Below are positions 18,886-28,773 of a stretch of 32,000 bases of DNA, piece after piece (within the stretch, counting starts at the first letter, position 1; every line of letters begins with the position of its first letter). The stretch comes from Candidatus Saccharimonadota bacterium. Its GTDB lineage: Bacteria > Pseudomonadota > Alphaproteobacteria > Rickettsiales > Anaplasmataceae. Location: NCBI RefSeq assembly GCF_013365495.1, contig NZ_CP046580.1:180001-212000 (forward strand), in the 5' to 3' direction. A program made the translations under genes and the position numbers. The notes under the pieces were generated by a model. That model was not told the DNA's origin and made no database searches. It saw only the letters and a program-made list of their open reading frames with translations.

Positions 18886-21125
18886 ATATTTTTACTTATA
18901 GTAATAGTACAAAAGTCTTAAAAACTCTAAGACATTAGTAAAAAAAAGTCAATTGCTATTTAAATAGGCTCTTTAATATTTTGAACTGTATTATAATATT
19001 TGTTATATTAAAATTGTAATTTTTTACTAAATTTAGTATTCATGTTTATTGGTGTTATGATTAACTTTTCTTGTATTTTTGTAAAAGACAAGTATTATTA
19101 ATTAGTGGTTTTGATAGCTTATTTAAGTAAAATTAAATGGCTTAAACTTTTTTGTTTTGAGAAAATTAATTTATGTGTTTATTAGTATTGTTTAATATCG
19201 GTTATTAGTGGTGAGGTTCTTTATATAAAATCTTGTATTTTTTTTATGTATTAAATAGATTATATATAGTGTTTATTGCAGATTATATTTTTACTTGGTT
19301 ACGATTACTTATACTTCTATAAGTTTTTTTTACTTTTATGTTTAATTATTTCTTTATTTTTAATATACTTTAGTTCTACTAAAGCTTCATGAGTTAATAA
19401 CAATATTTAAGATGCTCTGTACTTTTTTTTGTATCTTTACTTAATTTTTTGTCGTTACTTTTGAAATTGACTCAGATTAAAATAAAATGGTTGCTCTTGC
19501 TTATTGAGAGCTTTTAAATTTTACATTTAGTATATGGACATGACTTTTGATAAGTATAATAGTTTATTATTATATTCGCCTATTTTTTTTATTCAGCTTG
19601 TTGCTTGGCTTATTTTATAAGAGCCAGATGAAAGTCATTTTCTAAAGTTCAAAGATCAAGGATGGTTTTTTTATATTTGTTGTCTTAGTTAATTGTACTC
19701 AATACAATTTGAATATATTAAAATAATATTTGAGTATCTTACTTTTGCTTTTTTTATAACTATTTCAAGAACTTTAAGATATTGGTTGCTTGTTATCAGT
19801 ATAACGATTTTGCAAGTATGTTTTTTTTATTTCGTTTTACTATTATTTCGGGTATTTTTTTTGCTGGATGATATTATTGTCTATTTTATGTCATATCTTA
19901 GAAGAATTATGTGTAATAAAAAAGCATTAAAATTTTTAAGTGTAATATTTCTTATGTTTATTATTTTAGTAATTTCTACTGATATAAGCTTTTCTTTTTA
20001 TATGGTTTGAATATTTATTCCTGATGAAGATTAAAAAGTTTACTTTTAATAAACAAATTTTATAAAAAGTTCTTATGTAGTTATTTATTTCAATTGTATT
20101 ATTTATTGGAAATGTATTTTGAATAAAAAACATATTATTTTGCTTCAACAATAGCTGTATTACATCGATAATTTTAAATTTTAGTCTATCTAATATTAAT
20201 TTTTAAGATAGATGCTTTCCTATATAAGAATACTATTTATGACTTTTCTATAGTCGTTTTAGTGGGAATTTATGTTATTATTATAATATAAATTTAAAAT
20301 TATTTTTTGGCGGGAATTGAGAATAAAGCAAAGATATTTTTAAATGTGATATCACTAATTGTAACAAAATGTAACTTGATAAGCAAAATTAATATTTTAT
20401 AGTTAATTTTTTTAATACAATATTTTATGTATATATTATCTGTTGAGTAAATTAGTAGTATTAAAGGTTGATTGTTATAGTTAGTAAATACTTTTGTCCT
20501 AAAACAAGTAAATAGTATAAAAATATATAATCAGAATGCAAGACCTTTTTATGCTAATTAAAAAAGTAGTATGTTGTTTTATCATTATTTTTTATGGGAT
20601 TTAATGTATGTTTTTTTATACAGTTAATTTATAGTTAATTTTTATATAATGAGTGAGTTGTTTTACATTACTGCGCTTTTTTTTCTTTCTTGTGTTTACT
20701 ATAAATAGGTATCTTTACTTCTTTATCTTTAAATTATTATTAAGGTAATCTAAAAATTCTGTATGTATTTTACTAATGTATCTTGAAAATTGCTACAGTG
20801 CTTAGTCCTTTATTAAGGTAATGATAAAATGCCACTTATAAAAAAGTGTTATCATGCTTCTATTTCACTTAGTAATTTTTTTTAATATTAATTATTTAAT
20901 AATAAAATGGATGTATAAAATTAATAGAGTACTATTATTAAATAGTATAAATATTGCTATTCAACTTTAATTATGTTGATAGCTCTTTACATTTTCAGTT
21001 TCTTAATTAGTAGATTACTTTTGATAGATATTTATTATATTGTTTATTTTATAATTTTGGTAGTTTTAAGTGTTGTTATTATTTTAGTACTTTGATATTT
21101 ATGACTAATTTTAGTATATGAAATT

Positions 21126-23672
21126 ATGAGATTTTTCATATATATAGTATTATCAATTTTTTTAGTATTAATTCTTCTATGCGTTGCTACGGCTTTTAAA
21201 GATTGGAATAACTATAAGGAATTTATCGTACAAAAATTGGAAAATATATATGATGCTAAGATATATATTGGAGGGAAAGTCGAGGTTACATTAATTACTC
21301 CAAAGTTGACTATTTATAATGTGTATGTGCAGTATAATAGTAATGAAAAGCAAAAGTTATCAGATTTAATTAGTATAAATAGAATTGAAGTAAAACCTTC
21401 TTTTTTATCATTGTTTTTATTTTCATTGCAGCCAAAATCTATTACATTATTTGGAGTAAAGAGTAGTATAAAGAAACTTATTTATGTTGTAAATAAAAGA
21501 GCTAATAAGGTTGATTTGCTAATAAAAAATAGCCAGATAAATTTCAGCAGTGACTATGATAAATATAGAGGTTTTGTTAATATAAAAAAAGTTGCTCTTA
21601 AAAAGAATGGCCAGTTTACTGGGGAAGTAAAGATAGATAATGGTAATTATGATTTTTCGGGAAAAATTAATATCACACAAAATAGTGTATATATTAATGT
21701 TAAGTCAAATTTTATAAAATTTCTGTTTGTTGGCGATAGAAACCGAGAAAAGCTCCAAGGGAAGTTAGTTCTATTGATTAGTAATAATTCTGATTTTATG
21801 GATGCTTTAGCAAAGGTTATCAATCTTAGTTTTCTTACTTATGTTATTCCTAGTGAAAACATTAAGGTATTGTCTAATATTAATCTTAATGATAGTGAGT
21901 TCACAGCAACTGATTTAGAGATTGATTCTAAAAGTATGAAGGCTAGTGGTGTAATACAAAATAATAGAAAAAATAATCATATTAATGTTAGTATTAATTT
22001 TAGTAAAGTTAATTTAGATTCTATACAAGATAACTCACAAAGAACGGTGAACATAAAAGATCTTTTAGAATGTTTTAGAAAAACTGTGCCGAAAAATTTA
22101 GATCTAGACTTAAATATCGAAGCTTCAAACATTCAATATCAAAACAGAACGTTAGATAAATTTTATGCTATGCTTAAATTTATTGATGGTGAAATAGAAA
22201 TTGATGCGCTTCTTCAGTTTTTTGGAACGAATAATGTAGCTCATTTATTAGGAAAAGTAGTTTCAAGAAGTAATTTTGTTTTATCTGAATTTGACGGTGA
22301 TTTATTGGTGAAAGGAGACAATTTTAAATTGTTCGTTTCGTGTTTTTTCCCTTTTGTAAAAATAAGGGGAAATGAGAGCAGTCAATTTACAATAAATTCA
22401 AGGTTACATTTTGCACCTAGGATATTGTCTATTTTAGATATTAAATTATTGAATGATAGAGAATTTTTGCAGGGGTCAGTTAAAATAAGATATACAAAAA
22501 AGCATAATGTGATTGATGGTATATTTAATGTGCATAATTTCAATATAGATAAATATAATTGTTTACTGGTGAGTGATTTATTAAAAGTACAATGGTTAAA
22601 AAACTTAAAGTATAATGTAAATATAAAAGTCAATGTTAATGATTTTATATTAAATAATACAAAAATTGAAAATTTAGGTTTTTTGCTGAAGATAGAAAAT
22701 AGTAAATTTGTTACGAGTAGGATGAAATTGTCTGGAAAAAATTTTAATGTTATAGGTGATATCAAGATGTCAGTGGATCAAGCATATGTTAAACCTTTGT
22801 TAGATATAAGCTTTTCTGGTAATAAATTTGATGGTGGTATTTTAAAATTACCAAATTTACTAGAAGTAAAAAGGGATTCAAAAAATAGGATAAATAAAAT
22901 TCAATGGTCAACGGAACAGTTTAATTACTTAAAAAGTAAAGAAAATTTTGATGCAAATGTAAGGATTAATATTACAGAATTTAAAACTGGGCAAGATATT
23001 TTAAAGGACTTTAATTTAGATGCGGTAATTATAAATAATACTTTAATTATTAAAGAAGTAAATTATGCATTGAAGTATGGGAAAGTTTCTTTTCAAGGTT
23101 ATTTAAGGTCAGGTTCAATATATATGAAATTTTTTATTATAGGTTTAGATACTCAAAGGGTTGGCCAAATTATGGAGATTTACAATTTAAGTGGTAGGAT
23201 GAATTTGAGTGGGGAAATTAGAGCGCGGGGAAAAAGCTTTCATGATTGGGCTAATACTTTGTCAGGAGATGTCAACTTACAGACACAGGGAGTAAAGTTT
23301 ACTAATGTGGACTTTAATTCTTTTATAATTAATTTATTCACTAGTAAAAATAAATCTGGGATTTCTACACTTACTCATGTTGGTATATATAATGGTAGTA
23401 CATTTTTTGGAAATATGATTGGGAAAATAGGCATTAAAAATGGTATATGTTCAATTAGTATACAATTTGAAATTGATCAGGCATCAGGATCTGTCTCTTC
23501 AAATTTGAATTTATCTAACTTTACTTTAATTTCTTTATTGAGGTTCTTCTTTATTCCCCCAGGTCGTAGTCCAGTTTATATTGATATCCATTTAGATGGT
23601 CCTATTTGGTATCCTAGGATGAGTTTTGATGAGGATTTAATATTCAATACTATAGTTGGTGAGAAATATTGA
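21126..23672 (+). CDS. AsmA-family large envelope protein (N-terminal membrane anchor)
   Basis: 848-aa ORF. The N-terminus MRFFIYIVLSIFLVLILLCVATAFKDWNNYKEFIVQKLENIYDAKIYIGGKVEVTLITPKLTIYNVYV parallels E. coli AsmA (anchor, then NPNDFRDYMVKQV...LQLDGPLRWHVWPQLSI). The body is long and Asn/Lys/Ile-rich with a beta-rich look. The C-terminal LSGDVNLQTQGVKFTNVDFNSF resembles the AsmA C-terminal motif. Confidence 0.65.
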   Translation: MRFFIYIVLSIFLVLILLCVATAFKDWNNYKEFIVQKLENIYDAKIYIGGKVEVTLITPKLTIYNVYVQYNSNEKQKLSDLISINRIEVKPSFLSLFLFSLQPKSITLFGVKSSIKKLIYVVNKRANKVDLLIKNSQINFSSDYDKYRGFVNIKKVALKKNGQFTGEVKIDNGNYDFSGKINITQNSVYINVKSNFIKFLFVGDRNREKLQGKLVLLISNNSDFMDALAKVINLSFLTYVIPSENIKVLSNINLNDSEFTATDLEIDSKSMKASGVIQNNRKNNHINVSINFSKVNLDSIQDNSQRTVNIKDLLECFRKTVPKNLDLDLNIEASNIQYQNRTLDKFYAMLKFIDGEIEIDALLQFFGTNNVAHLLGKVVSRSNFVLSEFDGDLLVKGDNFKLFVSCFFPFVKIRGNESSQFTINSRLHFAPRILSILDIKLLNDREFLQGSVKIRYTKKHNVIDGIFNVHNFNIDKYNCLLVSDLLKVQWLKNLKYNVNIKVNVNDFILNNTKIENLGFLLKIENSKFVTSRMKLSGKNFNVIGDIKMSVDQAYVKPLLDISFSGNKFDGGILKLPNLLEVKRDSKNRINKIQWSTEQFNYLKSKENFDANVRINITEFKTGQDILKDFNLDAVIINNTLIIKEVNYALKYGKVSFQGYLRSGSIYMKFFIIGLDTQRVGQIMEIYNLSGRMNLSGEIRARGKSFHDWANTLSGDVNLQTQGVKFTNVDFNSFIINLFTSKNKSGISTLTHVGIYNGSTFFGNMIGKIGIKNGICSISIQFEIDQASGSVSSNLNLSNFTLISLLRFFFIPPGRSPVYIDIHLDGPIWYPRMSFDEDLIFNTIVGEKY

Positions 23673-24890
23673 CTTAACTAGCTATTAAAATAGTATATGT
23701 TTAGTATTTGTCACATTGAATTAATTTTAAAAATTAGTATTTAAGAAAATGAGAAAAGAGTTTTTTAAATGTAAAGAATATATATTACAAGAAGGGCTAT
23801 AGCATTAAATTTATGTATTGATTCTAAATAAGATAGAACTGTTTCTTATATTTTGAGATGTGATTTTATTGAGGAAGTATAGTAATAAGGGTTCAGTACA
23901 GCTAATTATATTGAGTGTTTATTATATTAATTAATTTAAAATTAAAGTGCTTATGTTTTTAGCACATTAAAGATGCTTAAGGAGTTATGTAAAAAAAACA
24001 AAATTGAAAGAATACAGAGGATATAATTATTATTGTTTTTTTTAGCGTTGATAAGTTTTATATAGGGTTATTATTATATATATTTTTATGTGTTGTATGT
24101 GACTATGGTAAAAGCTTTGTGTTTAAAGCATTATTTATAAATAAAAAGATTGGTGAAATTTGCCATTATATTCTAGGAAAAGTAATGGATTTGTACTAAA
24201 TTTATTTTATAAAAATATTTAGTAACTAGAAATTTCTTTGTAAGCTACTTTGCTATTAAGCTTAAGCTAAAATATGTTATTTACTTAAGAGTAGAGTAGG
24301 TCTTTAAAAGAATTATATTTGTTAATTCAGAAAATTTAGGAGTATTAATTGTTTAGTAGTATTAAATTTTTAAAAAAGTAAAGATTTTGATAATTTGTTT
24401 AGAAGTTTATTATAGTTGATATTGATATAATAAATTAATTATTAATTAATACTTTTGTGCTTCTTTTAAAGTCATGTAAAACACCTTTGTTTTTTTCTTT
24501 AATTCTTTAGAAGTTTCTTCTCATTTTTAGAGTATACTTAATCTAGAGTTTTATGTGATAAATTTGTTAGATATCTTTAATTGTATAGAAGGTTTGATTT
24601 TCTTATTTTAAATAAGTTTATCATTAAATTGTGGTAATTTGAAGATTATAAAATAGTTAAAAATTAAACAATAAATATTATGCACTTTTCAAAAGTTTAG
24701 TAATTTAGTATACAATACTTCTGTTATTTCTAAGTAAAGTAATAGTGATTTATTTTTGCTTTTTTTTATTGCTTAGGCTGTTTGTATATAAATTATATTA
24801 ATAGATCTATTTATGGTTGTTGATTAGTGGATAAAAAAATATACTTAAATATTTAGTTATAATTGACAGTATAGTAATTTAAATTTTTCT

Positions 24891-26816
24891 TTAAAAGAAT
24901 CCTCTAAGTTTTCTAGCACGACTTGGATGTTTTAATTTACGTAGGGCTTTTGCTTCTATTTGCCTAATTCTTTCACGTGTTACATTGAAAATTTTTCCTA
25001 CTTCTTCTAATGTGTGTTCTTTTCCATCTTTACCGAGGCCAAAACGCATTCTTAAGATTCTCTCTTCCTTTGGTGTTAAAGTTGCAAGGATATTAGTTGT
25101 AATACCTCGTAAGTCAGCAAGTATTGCAGCGTCTTCTGGTTTTGAAACTCGTTTATCTTCTATGCAATCACCGAAAGTGCTACTATCATCTTTTCCTGTT
25201 GGGGCTTCAAGACTTACCGGATCTCTTGCTATTTTCATGACTTTACGTATTCTTTCCATAGGCATTCCTAGTTCTGTACTCAATTCTTCTAGTGTAGGTT
25301 CTCTTTCCATTTCATGAGTTAATTTTCTTAATGTTCTGTTGATTTTACTAATAATTTCAACCATATGAACCGGTATTCTGACCACTTTGGATTGTTCAGG
25401 TATGGCTCTAGTAATTGATTGTCTTACCCACCAAGTTCCATAAGTTGAAAATTTATATCCGCGTTTGTAATCAAATTTATCTACAGCTTTCATAAGCCCA
25501 ATATTGCCTTCTTGTATTAAATCAAGTAAAGCAAGACCTCTGTTTGAATATTTTTTAGCTATGGAAACTACTAGTCTTAAGTTAGCTTTGATCATTTCTT
25601 GTTTTGCTTCAGAGACTTCTCGTTCATGCTTTTGTATTTTTTTGATTAGTTTCTTAAATTCTTGTACATTATCTTCTTGTATGTACTGCTTTATATTATT
25701 TAAAGTGTTAGTTATATGCTCAGAATTATCGTCTATAAATTTTGTAAATTTGTTTTTTAGTTCATCTTCAAGAGAAGATAAATTTTTATTGATTTTTGAA
25801 AGGTTTACATTTTTTAAGCCATACTTTAATAGTATGTTATCGTAAACTTTATAAAAATTTTCTCTATTGATCTCATATGTTTTAGCTTTAGAAATAAGAT
25901 TGGCTTCTTCAAGTAAAATGGATTTATTTATATTATAAAGTTTTTGTGTAATTTTAGCGGCAGCGGCATCACTGAGTTTAATTTGTAGTGCTGTAGACCA
26001 TATTTGATTATATAAATTTTTATATGCTAATTCATTGGAGGAATTTTTTTTTAGTACTAATGCTTCATTTGCTAAAGTAATTATTTCATTTAATGCACCT
26101 ATTACTTTAGGTAATAAATCATTTTCCATTTCGAGAATAGAAACATTTAAATTCGTTGAACTTATGTCTTCATTGCTATTTTCTTGCTCATCATCATCTT
26201 TTTTATTATCTGTATTATCAACTTCAGAAATATTATTAGAATCTTCAATATCTTCAACATTTTCTTTGATATCTTCTTTAGGCATTGTATTGAAATCAGA
26301 GTTATAAATTGCGTCTAAATCTATGATTTCTCTCAGTGAAAGAGTTCCATTACTTAAATCATCACGCCATGCCTTTATCATTTTTAATGTTATTGATGTT
26401 TCAATTATTGCACGCAACATATTATGTTTTTCAGATTCAATTTTCTTTGCTATTGTGATTTCATCTGTTCTTGATAGGAGTTTCACAGAGCTCATGTCTT
26501 GTAGATAAACTCTTACCGGGTCGTCATTTTGTATTAAGGTTGTAGTAACATTTGATAATGTGTCGTCCTCATCGAGTTTGTTGTCATCATTATTAGAGAG
26601 AGATTCTTCTTCATCTTCGCTGTTTTCAAGTATGTTAATTCCTGAATCTTGTAATAGAGATATGGTGTCATCTATAAAATCAGATGAAAAGTTTTCGTCT
26701 GATAATTTTTCATTTATGTCGTCGAAAGTAATAAAACCACCTTTTCTTATGCTTTTGGTTATGAGATCTCTAATGATTTTTTTCTTATCTTCTTCGTTGT
26801 TAATAGTTGATATCAT
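24891..26816 (-). CDS. rpoD: RNA polymerase primary sigma factor (sigma-70)
   Basis: 641-aa ORF. Region 2 is [39 protein letters not shown]. Region 4.2 is [30 protein letters not shown]. An acidic non-conserved insert ([29 protein letters not shown]) is present. Confidence 0.98.
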   Translation of the reverse strand: MISTINNEEDKKKIIRDLITKSIRKGGFITFDDINEKLSDENFSSDFIDDTISLLQDSGINILENSEDEEESLSNNDDNKLDEDDTLSNVTTTLIQNDDPVRVYLQDMSSVKLLSRTDEITIAKKIESEKHNMLRAIIETSITLKMIKAWRDDLSNGTLSLREIIDLDAIYNSDFNTMPKEDIKENVEDIEDSNNISEVDNTDNKKDDDEQENSNEDISSTNLNVSILEMENDLLPKVIGALNEIITLANEALVLKKNSSNELAYKNLYNQIWSTALQIKLSDAAAAKITQKLYNINKSILLEEANLISKAKTYEINRENFYKVYDNILLKYGLKNVNLSKINKNLSSLEDELKNKFTKFIDDNSEHITNTLNNIKQYIQEDNVQEFKKLIKKIQKHEREVSEAKQEMIKANLRLVVSIAKKYSNRGLALLDLIQEGNIGLMKAVDKFDYKRGYKFSTYGTWWVRQSITRAIPEQSKVVRIPVHMVEIISKINRTLRKLTHEMEREPTLEELSTELGMPMERIRKVMKIARDPVSLEAPTGKDDSSTFGDCIEDKRVSKPEDAAILADLRGITTNILATLTPKEERILRMRFGLGKDGKEHTLEEVGKIFNVTRERIRQIEAKALRKLKHPSRARKLRGFF

Positions 26817-26928
26817 TACTTTTATAATTTAAAATTTTTACTGTTAGCAAATAAACCTACAGTAAATAAGTTTATGGTTTAACTTTGATCACTTGCTTAT
26901 TTTATATATAGTTTAAGATATTGTTAAT

Positions 26929-27276
26929 TCACATATACTTATTTTGGTTAATTGTTCCATATTTTTCTTCTATTTTTATTATTATAGATAACCCTACTGA
27001 GAATGTTGCAATTCCAACTACTATGGCAGTAAGCATTAAAACGTGCGGTATAGGATTACTATATAAGTGGAAGCTTGGTTCTACTACTAGAGGAGGTAAA
27101 GAATTTTTTACATACCCTAAGGATATATAAAATAATAAAACGGATGCTTGAAAAATATTTACTCCTATCATTTTCTTAATTAAATTTTTATCATTTATGG
27201 TAATATACAAACCTAGTATCATTAATATAATAATAATTATGTAATTATATGAAGTCATTATTTTTTTTACGGACAA
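26929..27276 (-). CDS. mrpC: Mrp/Mnh cation:proton antiporter subunit C (NuoK-like)
   Basis: 115-aa ORF with three TM segments, LIKKMIGVNIFQASVLLFY, and PIPHVLMLTAIVVGIA typical of MnhC. The start may be the internal Met at 27258. As drawn it overlaps mrpB by 32 nt. Confidence 0.85.
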   Translation of the reverse strand: MSVKKIMTSYNYIIIIILMILGLYITINDKNLIKKMIGVNIFQASVLLFYISLGYVKNSLPPLVVEPSFHLYSNPIPHVLMLTAIVVGIATFSVGLSIIIKIEEKYGTINQNKYM

Positions 27277-27673
27277 AATTTATGTATATAATAAGCATGG
27301 AGGAGCAGACAGTAAATGCTACACTTAGTTCTACTACGAAAATTCCTAATTTTTGACCAGTAATGTTATTAGTTGACAATATATTATAAGATAAAAAATT
27401 TTGGCCAAGTAAAATTGTTGTAATGCCTATTCCCCCATAAATTAGGATGCCTAACGTATTAGTAAATTTGATTACAGAATAGGGTATTGCTTTTAAAGTG
27501 GTATGTATACCAAATGACATTGAATATAATATTATTCCAGAAGCAATAATTATTCCTGCTTGAAACCCTCCTCCTGGAGTGTAGTCACCATGGAATAATA
27601 TGTACAAAGCAAATAGAATAATAAATGGTACCGTCAAAAATGTTACTGTATTTAATACTGGGTCTTTAATCAT
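27245..27673 (-). CDS. mrpB: Mrp/Mnh antiporter subunit B
   Basis: 142-aa membrane ORF with the MrpB signature FHGDYTPGGGFQAGIIIA (compare B. subtilis GHNNPGGGFIGGL). Confidence 0.85.
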   Translation of the reverse strand: MIKDPVLNTVTFLTVPFIILFALYILFHGDYTPGGGFQAGIIIASGIILYSMSFGIHTTLKAIPYSVIKFTNTLGILIYGGIGITTILLGQNFLSYNILSTNNITGQKLGIFVVELSVAFTVCSSMLIIYINFVRKKNNDFI

Positions 27674-28196
27674 TCTTATTTTTTTCTTCTTTTAATATCA
27701 ATATTATACAAAGTGCTGCGGTAAAAACCACTATAGTTTCTCCAAATGTATCATAACCACGGAAGCTTGCTAAGATAATTGTTACTATGTTAGAGATATC
27801 AGCAATTTTTTTAGTGTTTTCTATATAATAAGGAGCAACGTGTAGGTGGATTGGAGCATCATGGCTGCCGAAGTCTGGTAATTGAATTATAAAGCATGAT
27901 AAATATATAGCTAAAAATAATATAAAAAAAAGCATTATAGGGCTATGAGATAGATTTATTTTATGGTTCTTTATTAAAGAAAGTGCAGCAAATGTAAAGA
28001 CTGTAGTGAGCCCTGCTCCAACTGAAGCTTCAGTAATTGCAACATCAGGTGCATTCATTATTAAGTATATCAATGCAATGAGTGAGCTGAATGTACATGT
28101 TAGAATACTACTAATAACTAAGTGTTTTGAAAGTACTATAAAAACTGTAACTGTAAGTAATAATAAAAGTAATGTTATATTTATTATTTCTAACAT
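27666..28196 (-). CDS. MrpA C-terminal-domain-like protein (DUF4040 plus MnhB-type segment; MbhD/E-like)
   Basis: 176-aa membrane ORF. NAPDVAITEASVGAGLTTV matches the DUF4040/MbhD motif. The C-terminal IVTIILASFRGYDTFGETIVVFTAAL matches the MnhB-domain motif found at the end of MrpA. No NuoL-like N-terminal module is attached. Confidence 0.75.
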   Translation of the reverse strand: MLEIINITLLLLLLTVTVFIVLSKHLVISSILTCTFSSLIALIYLIMNAPDVAITEASVGAGLTTVFTFAALSLIKNHKINLSHSPIMLFFILFLAIYLSCFIIQLPDFGSHDAPIHLHVAPYYIENTKKIADISNIVTIILASFRGYDTFGETIVVFTAALCIILILKEEKNKND

Positions 28197-28197
28197 T

Positions 28198-28485
28198 TCA
28201 ATTTTCTTTGATGTTTTTTTTGTTACTTTTATAATAAGTGCGTGCTAAAATGTAACTGTTAGTTGAGTTAGTTACCCATATTATAAAAATTAACAATATT
28301 ATTTTGATAGTGTTAATTGAGAATTTATTTTGTAAAGCAAATCCAATTAATAATAACATTGCGCCACTAGAATCTGTGATACTTGTTGCGTGTAATCTAG
28401 TATAAAAATTTGGAAATCTAATTATTCCTATAGTTGAAATGATTATTAAAAATGTGCCTAAAAATATGAAAATAGACCCTATCAT
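28198..28485 (-). CDS. mrpG: Mrp/Mnh antiporter subunit G
   Basis: 95-aa ORF. GIIRFPNFYTRLHATSITDSSGAMLLLIG matches the MnhG/PhaG signature (RxPDxYxRxHA). Its ATG overlaps the mrpF stop (ATGA at 28482-28485). Confidence 0.88.
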   Translation of the reverse strand: MIGSIFIFLGTFLIIISTIGIIRFPNFYTRLHATSITDSSGAMLLLIGFALQNKFSINTIKIILLIFIIWVTNSTNSYILARTYYKSNKKNIKEN

Positions 28486-28736
28486 AGTTTATTGAGTAAC
28501 ATTAATTTCATTAATGCTATAGTTGATATGAAACTGATGCTAGCATATAATAATGCTATGTCAAGCAAAAAGAAACTGTTTAAAATGATTGATATTGCTG
28601 ATATAAGTAAAATTACTTGTGTTGAAAAATTATTAAATGCTAATACTTTATCATAGATATTACTGAATTTAGACATTATATGGTATAACATTGCGATAAT
28701 GCAAAGCAATAGTATATAAATAGTCACATAAATCAT
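28482..28736 (-). CDS. mrpF: Mrp/Mnh antiporter subunit F
   Basis: 84-aa ORF with three TM segments. YDKVLAFNNFSTQVILLI aligns with the MrpF DRVVALDT-type segment. Its position immediately upstream of mrpG fits. Confidence 0.75.
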   Translation of the reverse strand: MIYVTIYILLLCIIAMLYHIMSKFSNIYDKVLAFNNFSTQVILLISAISIILNSFFLLDIALLYASISFISTIALMKLMLLNKL

Positions 28737-28773
28737 TTATAGATGACGTAATTTTAGTAATTTTTTATTTTAT

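Noticed and set aside
19693-20151. 105-aa plus-strand ORF (TTG start) and an overlapping 61-aa minus-strand ORF in the large desert.
   Set aside because: The long frame depends on a TTG start with no SD, and its first in-frame ATG is far inside. Its T-rich, low-complexity Phe/Ile/Leu composition is what a stop-free run in T-rich DNA gives. It could still be a tiny membrane protein, but I cannot support that.
22382-22765. 127-aa minus-strand ORF inside the AsmA-like gene.
   Set aside because: It is an antisense, Phe/Leu/Ile-rich shadow of an Asn/Lys-rich gene. The 848-aa frame is far longer than expected by chance.
26141-26276. Acidic Asp/Glu/Asn-rich insert in RpoD ([29 protein letters not shown]).
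   Set aside because: It lies in the known non-conserved region of sigma-70 between regions 1.2 and 2, where lineage-specific acidic inserts are common.
24985-26832. Five plus-strand ORFs (110, 113, 90, 61 and 90 aa) tiling the region opposite rpoD.
   Set aside because: They are Ser/Leu/Phe-rich shadow frames of a Glu/Lys/Asp-rich, strongly supported gene. They have no motifs and no independent start or SD signals.
26921-28248. Plus-strand ORFs of 69 aa (26921-27130) and 80 aa (28006-28248) opposite the mrp genes.
   Set aside because: They are antisense to membrane-protein genes that carry clear Mrp signatures.
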